From: a candidate division WOR-3 bacterium
Lineage (GTDB): Bacteria; Hydrothermota; Tepidihabitantia; Tepidihabitantales; Tepidihabitantaceae
Assembly: GCA_037441285.1 (NCBI GenBank)
Contig: JBBISL010000009.1
Location: forward strand, 1-16,629
Length of the DNA stretch: 16,629 bases
Reading direction: 5' to 3'
The translations under genes were made by a program, and so were the position numbers. Shown here in pieces: positions 1-7,419 of the stretch (positions are counted from its first letter, which is position 1; each line of letters begins with the position of its first letter). The notes under the pieces were generated by a model. It was not told the DNA's origin and made no database searches. It saw nothing but the letters and a program-made list of their open reading frames with translations.

Positions 1-730
1 CTTCAACAAGCGGTTTATACAACGCACCCAACCCCTTTTCCTCGGCTATCTGCAACAGGTCATCTTCGCTTACCTTCCTTTTCGCTCTATCCTGCTCCTT
101 TTTGACTTCTGCGCCGTAGAGTTTGGGGATGATGATTGCTTCGTCCTTCTGCATGTATTGCTCCAGTTCCACCGCATAAATGGTAAATTTGCTGTTTTTG
201 TTGATGAAGAGAATCAGGTCCTTTAAATCTTCGTAGAGTTCATCCATTGTAACAACGAATTTAAAGTTTCCGTCTTTGAAATTTTTCTGCAGAGCGTCGA
301 AGATTGCATTAATCCCGTTGTCTTTCAAATGAAAATGTTCTTTAAGGCGCTGTTGTAAACTTTTCTTAAAGTTGGCCTGGCAGTTTTTCTCCAGTTCGGT
401 TCTGAAATCGTTGAAGTTTGAACCCCACAATGAGGCACCATAGTCAAGAACCTGGGCAACTACCTCTCTCTGGTCCTTATTTTTAAATAACTTGGTCTCG
501 ATGATGTAAATCTCGCCATATTTGTCAATGCCAAGCAAATCAATAGAACCGGTTTGTACACGGAACCCTTTTGCTACGATGCAAACATCGATATCTTCGT
601 CTATCTCATAAAGGGGTAAAGTTTCGGGGTAGTTCATAATCACCTCCTTGAGGTTTTCCTCGATTTTTGGCTCGGTCCTTTCTTTTATTATTTCTGGCTC
701 TTTTCCTTTTTTTATGATTATGATTGCCAT
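1..730 (-). CDS. PD-(D/E)xK nuclease, NucS/DUF91-like domain protein (3' end outside window)
   Basis: Not in the ORF track because it is open to the window edge. Manual translation from ATG at 730 (AAAGGAG 8 nt upstream): MAIIIIKKGKEPEIIKERTEPKIEENLKEVIMNYPETLPLYEIDEDIDVCIVAKGFRVQTGSIDLLGIDKYGEIYIIETKLFKNKDQREVVAQVLDYGASLW..., no stop through position 1. E...IDLL...ExK...QxxxY is the RecB/NucS-type nuclease motif set. Confidence 0.8.
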   Translation of the reverse strand, partial: MAIIIIKKGKEPEIIKERTEPKIEENLKEVIMNYPETLPLYEIDEDIDVCIVAKGFRVQTGSIDLLGIDKYGEIYIIETKLFKNKDQREVVAQVLDYGASLWGSNFNDFRTELEKNCQANFKKSLQQRLKEHFHLKDNGINAIFDALQKNFKDGNFKFVVTMDELYEDLKDLILFINKNSKFTIYAVELEQYMQKDEAIIIPKLYGAEVKKEQDRAKRKVSEDDLLQIAEEKGLGALYKPLVE

Positions 731-761
731 AACGACATCTCCTTTGTTTAGTCTTTTAGCC

Positions 762-790
762 TAAAAAATAAGGGCGTCCAAACGACGCCC
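762..790 (-). terminator. GC hairpin plus U-tract in the 5' leader of the nuclease gene
   Basis: On the minus strand: GGGCGTC-GTTTG-GACGCCC (790..772) followed by TTATTTTTT. Confidence 0.5.
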
Positions 791-801
791 CCTTTTGCTA
801 A

Positions 802-830
802 AATATAGCAAACAAAATGCCTCTTGTCAA
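802..830 (-). promoter_or_regulatory. sigma70-type promoter for the nuclease gene
   Basis: Minus strand TTGACA (830-825), 17-nt spacer, TATATT (807-802) preceded by TGn (extended -10). Confidence 0.7.
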
Positions 831-923
831 GCAAAAAATTAAGTTGACAAAAATGGGCGATATAGAGTAAATATCGGCTTAAATTACCCCTGCTTTTATG
901 GTGGTCGTGTTTATATAGTGGAC

Positions 924-952
924 TTGACAGGTAGCAAATCGGATTTTACAAT
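924..952 (+). promoter_or_regulatory. sigma70-type promoter for the riboswitch/symporter transcript
   Basis: TTGACA (924-929), 17 nt, TACAAT (947-952); predicted TSS about 959. Confidence 0.8.
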
Positions 953-958
953 TGATTA

Positions 959-992
959 ACTGGTTATGTCAGGCGCAAGCCATCCCAACCAG
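959..992 (+). ncRNA. Candidate Na+-I (DUF1646 motif) riboswitch aptamer
   Basis: CTGGTT (960-965) pairs with AACCAG (987-992) and encloses a GGC-GCAA-GCC tetraloop hairpin (972-981). It starts at the predicted TSS, overlaps a terminator, and precedes a Na+:solute symporter. The class assignment rests on my recollection of the motif plus gene context. Confidence 0.6.
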
Positions 993-1010
993 GGATGGCT
1001 TGTTTTGTTT
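976..1010 (+). terminator. Intrinsic terminator (attenuator) in the symporter leader
   Basis: Perfect 11-bp stem CAAGCCATCCC (976-986) / GGGATGGCTTG (992-1002), 5-nt loop, then TTTTGTTT. Confidence 0.85.
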
Positions 1011-1036
1011 ATCGGCAATTCAAACAGGAGTTTAAG

Positions 1037-2671
1037 ATGACGGTTGTGTTGTTTGCGGGTTATTTTGTGCTGCTTTTAATTCTCGGGATTTTTGCCCGGC
1101 TGCGGTCAAAGCCAGGACACGAGGATTTTTTTCTTGCCCGGCGTCGGTTTGGTCCGCTGATTTTGCTCTTGACGCTGGCAGCAACAAACTTTTCATCGTT
1201 TACGGTGTTCGGGTTTGCCGGTGCTGGTTACCGGTTTGGCTATGCTTATTATCCGATAATGGCGTTTGGCACCGGGTTTATGGCTTTGACCTTTATTCTG
1301 CTGGGAATTCCGGCTTATCAGGCGGCAAAGGCGCAGGGCGCGATTACGCCGCCGGAGTTGATTCGGTCGCGGTTTAAAAATCGGGCGCTCCATCTTGCCT
1401 ATCTTCTGGTAATGGTAGTTTTTACTCTGCCCTATCTGGCGCTGCAGCCGATGGGTGCCGGTTATATGTTGAATGCGCTTTTTGGTCTCCCCTATGTGAT
1501 GGGTGCTGGTCTGGTGGTTCTGGTTGGACTAAGTTATGTGTTGCCTGCCGGGATGCGGGGCGATGCCTGGACCGATTTGTTTCAAGGGGTGGTGATGCTT
1601 GTCGGTTTGGCTCTGATTTTCGGGGCGGTGGTTAAAAGGCTGGGCGGTTTTGTCGAGGTTAACAGCGATTTGATAGCGCGGCAGGGTGAGCTTTTTTCCC
1701 GGCCCGGAAGGGGCGGAGTTTTTACGCCGGCGGTGTGGTTTTCCTATTTGGTTCTGTGGTTTGTTTGCGACCCGATGTTTCCCCAGTTGTTTCAAAGGTT
1801 TCTTGCGGCGAAGGATGAGGGTTCACTGAAAAGGGCGGCGCTTTTTTATCCGATTGTGACCGGAGTCCTGTTTTTCTTTCCGGTGGCACTGGGTGTGATG
1901 GCGCATCGGGTTTTGCCCGGATTTGAGGGTGCGCAAACCGACCAGATTTTGCCCTTATTGGTGAACAAAACCCTGCCCCAATTTTTCAGCGGGGTTTTGA
2001 CCGTGTGTGGTCTTGCCGCTTTGATGTCAACGATGGACTCGCAACTTTTGACCCTCTCCTCCATTCTGGTTCGGGACATCAGGATTTTGCTCGGGAAACC
2101 GGCAGAAGGCTCAAGACCTCTGCACTTTCCGGTGGTGGTGGCTCTTGCCCTTGCCGGGCTTTTTCTGGCGTTGAAGCCCTGGGGCACAATTTTACAGATT
2201 GCAACCGAGACTTTTACCGGACTGGCGGTGCTTTTTCCGGTGACATTGGCGGCGGCTTACTGGAAGAAGGCGAACCCCTGGGCAGGTTTTGCTTCAATTG
2301 TGGTTGGTGAGGCGCTGGTGGTGCTTTACCATTTTAAACTTTTGCCCAGTTTTGGTTTTCTGCCGGTGGTGCCGGTGGTTGTTGTTGTCAGTTTGATTGT
2401 GATTTTGGGGACGGTTTTGTTTCCGGCGCGCGGGTTAAACCCCTGGGTAACATTGAAAGGGATAAGCTGGTGGCGGGTGGTGCCTTTCTTCTTAATCTTT
2501 GGGTTGAGCCTTGACTTTTACAACTGGCACCGGCAGCAACCGGTTGTTTTCGGGCTGCCAATGTGGCTCTGGTTTCACTTTTTGCTTGTCGGGTTGCTCT
2601 TTTTTGCCCTGTTTTTTGTTTTACGAGTGGGAAAGCAAGAAATTAGCAGTAAGGTCGGTTCAGGAACCTAA
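1037..2671 (+). CDS. Sodium:solute symporter (SSS/SLC5 family, PanF/YhjB-like) with C-terminal DUF3311/DUF997-like extension
   Basis: Multi-TM protein with SSS motifs (DFFLA.R..G, AT..S..T..G..G.GY, G.R..AWTD..QG, AA.MST.DSQLL). Start moved from 995, which lies inside the terminator, to ATG 1037, which has AGGAG at 1026-1030. Confidence 0.92.
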   Translation: MTVVLFAGYFVLLLILGIFARLRSKPGHEDFFLARRRFGPLILLLTLAATNFSSFTVFGFAGAGYRFGYAYYPIMAFGTGFMALTFILLGIPAYQAAKAQGAITPPELIRSRFKNRALHLAYLLVMVVFTLPYLALQPMGAGYMLNALFGLPYVMGAGLVVLVGLSYVLPAGMRGDAWTDLFQGVVMLVGLALIFGAVVKRLGGFVEVNSDLIARQGELFSRPGRGGVFTPAVWFSYLVLWFVCDPMFPQLFQRFLAAKDEGSLKRAALFYPIVTGVLFFFPVALGVMAHRVLPGFEGAQTDQILPLLVNKTLPQFFSGVLTVCGLAALMSTMDSQLLTLSSILVRDIRILLGKPAEGSRPLHFPVVVALALAGLFLALKPWGTILQIATETFTGLAVLFPVTLAAAYWKKANPWAGFASIVVGEALVVLYHFKLLPSFGFLPVVPVVVVVSLIVILGTVLFPARGLNPWVTLKGISWWRVVPFFLIFGLSLDFYNWHRQQPVVFGLPMWLWFHFLLVGLLFFALFFVLRVGKQEISSKVGSGT

Positions 2672-3241
2672 GCCCTGTTTGATGAACATTATGCCCCAGG
2701 AGAGGGTTATTAAGCCCATCAGGGTTGAGACAACCTGCATTGCGGTTTCGCCGGTGAAGCGGGTGATGCGTGGCGCCTGGAGGAAGAGAATTAAGGTGAT
2801 GATGAGCACAAGGAGAACCGCAATGGCGGTGAGGAGTCTGCCATAGTCGTGGACGCTGATGATGATGGCGGTGATTGATGCCGGACCGGTTAAGAGCGGG
2901 GTGGCGATGATTGAGGCGATTGCCTTTGCCGAGCGTTTGGTGCCCATCACCTTTTCGGAGTCGGACTGACCAAGCGACATCTTGATGCCAAGGATACCAA
3001 GGATAACACCGCCGGCGATTTTGAAGTCCTGGATGTTGGTGTTGAAGAGGCGCAGGAGGCTGGCGCCGAAGATGAGGCAGAGGATTGAGATGGCAAGGGC
3101 AACGGTGACCGCAAGATAGGCGGTTTTGCGTTTTTCCGCGGGGTTCATATCCGCGGTGGCACCGAAGAAGACAACAAAACTCAAGAGCGGGTCAAAGATG
3201 ACAAAGAAGAGGATGACAAGCTGAAGGAGTGAGTAAAGCAT
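2660..3241 (-). CDS. MarC family integral membrane protein
   Basis: About 6 TM segments; F.I.DP, F.IAGG.IL and P(A/L).PL..GP..I-like (IATPLLTGPASIT) motifs. ATG 3241 preferred over TTG 3277, which coincides with the predicted -35 box. Confidence 0.88.
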   Translation of the reverse strand: MLYSLLQLVILFFVIFDPLLSFVVFFGATADMNPAEKRKTAYLAVTVALAISILCLIFGASLLRLFNTNIQDFKIAGGVILGILGIKMSLGQSDSEKVMGTKRSAKAIASIIATPLLTGPASITAIIISVHDYGRLLTAIAVLLVLIITLILFLQAPRITRFTGETAMQVVSTLMGLITLSWGIMFIKQGLGS

Positions 3242-3248
3242 CGGGGAT

Positions 3249-3277
3249 AGAATATCGCGCGGGTGTTGATAAATCAA
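3249..3277 (-). promoter_or_regulatory. sigma70-type promoter of the MarC gene (probably leaderless)
   Basis: Minus strand TTGATT (3277-3272), 17 nt, TATTCT (3254-3249), then 7 nt to the ATG; no SD sequence. Confidence 0.6.
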
Positions 3278-3298
3278 GTTAGACCGGGGCGGTTTTTC

Positions 3299-3327
3299 TT
3301 GAAACCGGAAGGGGAAGGGTTTAGTCT
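3299..3327 (+). promoter_or_regulatory. Putative sigma70 promoter of the moxR-bat operon
   Basis: TTGAAA (3299-3304), 17 nt, TAGTCT (3322-3327). Confidence 0.45.
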
Positions 3328-3384
3328 ATTATAAATGGCGGGAGAAGGGGGTGGGTATTTATTTAAGGAAAAAGGAGTAAGACG

Positions 3385-4386
<1,002 letters not shown>

Positions 4387-4391
4387 AGAGG

Positions 4392-5294
4392 ATGCAGACG
4401 GTTACAACGCGACTGGACCTTGCCCAAATCCGGCAGATTGAGATTCGTACCCGGCGTCTGGTCAACACCGTGTTTGCCGGTGAGTACCGGTCGAGTTTTA
4501 AGGGTCGAGGCGTGGAGTTTGCCGATGTTCGGGAGTATCAGGTGGGTGACGATGTGCGGACGATTGACTGGCGGCTGACCGCAAGGTTTGGCAAGCCGTA
4601 TGTCAAGCAGTTTGCCGAGGAGCGGGAACTGCTGGTGATGCTGGTGGTGGACGCCTCGGGTTCTAATCGGTTTGGCACGAAAGGGGCGCTGAAGATTGAA
4701 CAGGCAGCACTGGTGAGTGCGACCCTGGCGTTTTCGGCGATTAAGAACAACGACAAGGTGGGGCTGGTGTTCTTTACCGACCGGATTGAGCACTTTGTGC
4801 CGCCGGCAAAGGGGCGTACCCATGCGTTACGCCTGGTGCGGGACATCCTGTTTTTTCAGCCGCAAGGGGTGGGAACAGCACCGGGTGCGGCACTGGAGTT
4901 TGTTTTGCGCATCCTCAAGCGCCGGGCGATTGTGTTTCTGGTGTCGGATTTGCTCGGACCGGGTTTTGTCAGTGCCGAGTTTGAGAAGCCGCTGTCGATT
5001 ATGAGCCGGCAGCACGACCTGGTGGTGTTGAGCATCAACGACCGGGCAGAACAGAGTCTGCCGGCGCTGGGGTTGCAGGAGTTTGTTGATGCGGAAACGG
5101 GCAAACGGGTTCTGGTGAACACCAGGGCGCGGTGGGTCCAGGAGGTTTTTCGGCAAAGAAAAGAGAAGCGGCAGGAAATGCTCAGCCGTTTGTTTCAACG
5201 GCTTGGGGTGGACCATATTCCGCTTTTAACCGACGAACCGTTTACCCCGAAACTGCATCGGTTCTTTCAGGAGCGGGCACGGCGTTATCGGTGA
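4392..5294 (+). CDS. DUF58 domain (VWA-like) protein
   Basis: G.Y.S.FKGRG.EF..VREY..GDDVR.IDW..TAR and EEREL....VD.S.S..FG motifs; canonical position after moxR. Confidence 0.93.
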   Translation: MQTVTTRLDLAQIRQIEIRTRRLVNTVFAGEYRSSFKGRGVEFADVREYQVGDDVRTIDWRLTARFGKPYVKQFAEERELLVMLVVDASGSNRFGTKGALKIEQAALVSATLAFSAIKNNDKVGLVFFTDRIEHFVPPAKGRTHALRLVRDILFFQPQGVGTAPGAALEFVLRILKRRAIVFLVSDLLGPGFVSAEFEKPLSIMSRQHDLVVLSINDRAEQSLPALGLQEFVDAETGKRVLVNTRARWVQEVFRQRKEKRQEMLSRLFQRLGVDHIPLLTDEPFTPKLHRFFQERARRYR

Positions 5295-6436
5295 TGGGAA
5301 TGCGCAGAAGAGCAGAAGGGCAGATGTCCAGCAGAGCGGAAGCAAGCACCCTACCCCTTTTCCCTTCCTGTCAAGGACAGGGAAGAGAAGTAGAGGGATG
5401 CCATCAAGGGAGGGGTAGCGTAGTAGAGAGGTGCAGAAGAGCGGCGGGGATAGTTTTGGTGTTGGGTTTGCTTTTGGCGCTGGCAGGGGCGCAGGTGGAC
5501 AGTTTGGCGTCTGATACGGTTGCCCGACCTTATCGCATAGTTGAAGGCGGACCGGTGCGGGTGATGGTGAAGGTGCAGGAGAAAAGGGGTAAACCATTGA
5601 CGATTGGTGACCGGTTGAAACTTGAACTTGCCGTTTCCTACCCGAGGAGTTTGACCGTGTCACCGCCCTTTGTGGAAAAGGCGGACGAGTTTACCGTAAC
5701 TGAACAGAAACACCAGATTCGCTACCGGGGCGATACGGTGGTTGACATCTACAATCTGACGCTGGCGTTATGGAGGACCGGAGAAAAGAAACTACCGCCT
5801 TTTCTGGTGACCTATCAGGATGCGAGCGGTTTAGTTGCGGCGGCGAGCGATTCGCTACCGGTGAAGGTGGTGAGTTTAATTGACGAACGGATGCAGGACA
5901 TCAACGACATCAAGCGCCAGCGCGAGTTTCCCAACCTGATACCGGTCTGGGTGTTGCTCGCGGTGCTGGCGCTGGGTGGAGCCGGTTACTTTGGCTATCG
6001 GTTGTTAAGGCGTTACCGGCGGAAACGGGCAGAACCGGCACCGCTACTTTCACCCTGGGACGAGGCGTTCAGGGCGCTAAAACAGGTGCCGGTTGAAGAG
6101 TGGTTGAGCAGTGGTCAGGTGAAAAGGTATTACTACACCGTTTCCGAGATTGTCAAGAGGTATTTGACCCGGCGGTTTGAGTTTCCGGCAATTGACCAGA
6201 CAACAAGCGAGATTCTGCGGGAGTTGCGTCAGCGGCGGTTGAGCGAATTGGAGCGGTTCCGGAGCTTCTTTTTTGAAACGGACCGGGTGAAGTATGCGAA
6301 ACACATCCCGAATAAGCCGGAAGAGCTGGTGGTTCAGGCACGGCAACTGGTGGAACTGACGATGCCAGCGCCGGAACCGACTGGAAGCAGTGGAGAAGAA
6401 GCAGTGGGCAACGCGGCGGTAAGCAGCGGAGGTTAA
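5294..6436 (+). CDS. Membrane-anchored protein of the bat operon (signal peptide, beta-rich extracellular domain, one TM, helical C-terminal domain)
   Basis: Start placed at ATG 5294 (TGATG overlap with the DUF58 stop). Hydrophobic signal ending ALAGA/QVD; DINDIK before a TM; C-terminal K.YY...SEI.K.YL..RF.....TT.E and D.VKYAK..P motifs typical of the gene between DUF58 and batA. Confidence 0.8.
   Translation: MGMRRRAEGQMSSRAEASTLPLFPSCQGQGREVEGCHQGRGSVVERCRRAAGIVLVLGLLLALAGAQVDSLASDTVARPYRIVEGGPVRVMVKVQEKRGKPLTIGDRLKLELAVSYPRSLTVSPPFVEKADEFTVTEQKHQIRYRGDTVVDIYNLTLALWRTGEKKLPPFLVTYQDASGLVAAASDSLPVKVVSLIDERMQDINDIKRQREFPNLIPVWVLLAVLALGGAGYFGYRLLRRYRRKRAEPAPLLSPWDEAFRALKQVPVEEWLSSGQVKRYYYTVSEIVKRYLTRRFEFPAIDQTTSEILRELRQRRLSELERFRSFFFETDRVKYAKHIPNKPEELVVQARQLVELTMPAPEPTGSSGEEAVGNAAVSSGG
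5304..5442 (+). repeat. Palindromic, purine-rich repeat element, copy A (in frame within CDS)
   Basis: Flanked by direct repeats GCAGAAGAGC (5304-5313 and 5433-5442, offset 129 nt). Inverted arms CTACCCCT (5351-5358) / AGGGGTAG (5411-5418). Two degenerate 33-nt units (5368-5400, 5401-5433). Similar to 11612-11727. Confidence 0.7.
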
Positions 6437-6438
6437 CG

Positions 6439-7419
6439 ATGTGGCACTTTGCCCATCCCGGTTATCTGGCGCTGCTCGGGCTGGTGCCACTTTTATGGTG
6501 GTGGGAAAGGTGGCGGGGGCGCAGTGCGCTGCGGTTCAGTGACACAACGCTGCTGCCCGAACCAACGGTCTTGGAGCGAGTGCTCGAGCGGTTGCCGCTT
6601 TTCCTTTCTTCGCTGGCACTGGTATTCGCCACGGTGGCGCTGGCACGGCCACAAAAGGGGCGGCAGTTTGAAGAACTGGAGACCAAGGGGATTGACATTA
6701 TGCTCGGTCTGGACATTTCGGGCACGATGCAGGCGGTGGACTTTCTGCCCAAAGACCGGCTGACCGTTGCCAAGGAGCGGGCAAAGGAGTTTATTAACCG
6801 CCGTCCTGGTGACCGCATCGGTCTGGTGATATTTGCCGCGACCAGTTTGACCCAGTGTCCTTTGACCTTGGACCACAAGATTCTCAACGACATTCTGGAC
6901 CGGGTGGACTTCGGCATTCTCGAGGATGGTACTGCAATCGGGATGGGCATCGCCAGTGCGGCGGCACGGCTCAAAGGTTCAAAGGCGCGGGAAAAGGTGA
7001 TTATCCTTCTGACCGATGGCCGCAACAATACCGGTGACATCGACCCCTTGACCGCAGCGCAGGCGGCAGCAGCGCTGGGCATTAAGATTTACACGATTGG
7101 TGTGGGGAGCAAGGGACCGGTGCCGTTTCCGGTTGACGACCCGCTCTTTGGCCGACGCTATGTTCAGATGGAGGTTGACCTGGATACCGAGACATTGCAG
7201 AAGATTGCCGAGATTACCGGCGGCAAGTTTTTTCTTGCGACCGACCCGGAGGCGCTGAAACGGGTTTATGAGGAGATTGACCGGCTGGAGCCGTCAACCT
7301 TTAAGGTGCGGCGCTACACCCTGTATCAGGAGCGGATGCGGACACCGTTACTCTGGGGTTTGATATTTGCCCTTGCCGGGTTTTTTGCCGGGATGGCAAT
7401 CAACCGGAGGCTGAAATGA
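6439..7419 (+). CDS. batA: BatA-like VWA domain membrane protein
   Basis: N-terminal F..P..L.LL TM, ALARP, MIDAS-like DISGTM, DRIGL..F, PLT.D, GTAIG.G, LLTDG.NN.G, ET L..IA..TGG.FF.A; SD GGAGG. Confidence 0.9.
   Translation: MWHFAHPGYLALLGLVPLLWWWERWRGRSALRFSDTTLLPEPTVLERVLERLPLFLSSLALVFATVALARPQKGRQFEELETKGIDIMLGLDISGTMQAVDFLPKDRLTVAKERAKEFINRRPGDRIGLVIFAATSLTQCPLTLDHKILNDILDRVDFGILEDGTAIGMGIASAAARLKGSKAREKVIILLTDGRNNTGDIDPLTAAQAAAALGIKIYTIGVGSKGPVPFPVDDPLFGRRYVQMEVDLDTETLQKIAEITGGKFFLATDPEALKRVYEEIDRLEPSTFKVRRYTLYQERMRTPLLWGLIFALAGFFAGMAINRRLK

Noticed and set aside
959..1010. PyrR-binding loop, T-box or preQ1 interpretation of the symporter leader
   Set aside because: No AGUCC.GUGAGG PyrR consensus, far too short for a T-box, and no A-rich 3' tail as in preQ1-I.
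995..1036. ORF-track N-terminal extension of the symporter (ATG 995)
   Set aside because: The ATG lies in the terminator stem and has no SD; ATG 1037 has AGGAG and begins the first TM.
5132..5293. Upstream GTG start for the third bat-operon gene
   Set aside because: Overlaps DUF58 by over 160 nt and is not protein-like; coupled ATG 5294 is more plausible. The extended starts at 9031, 10812 and 13163 were rejected for the same reason.
6384..6430. Short repeats AAGCAG(T/C)GG x3 at the end of the third bat-operon gene
   Set aside because: Too short and irregularly spaced to distinguish from low-complexity tail coding; no clear link to the larger repeat family.
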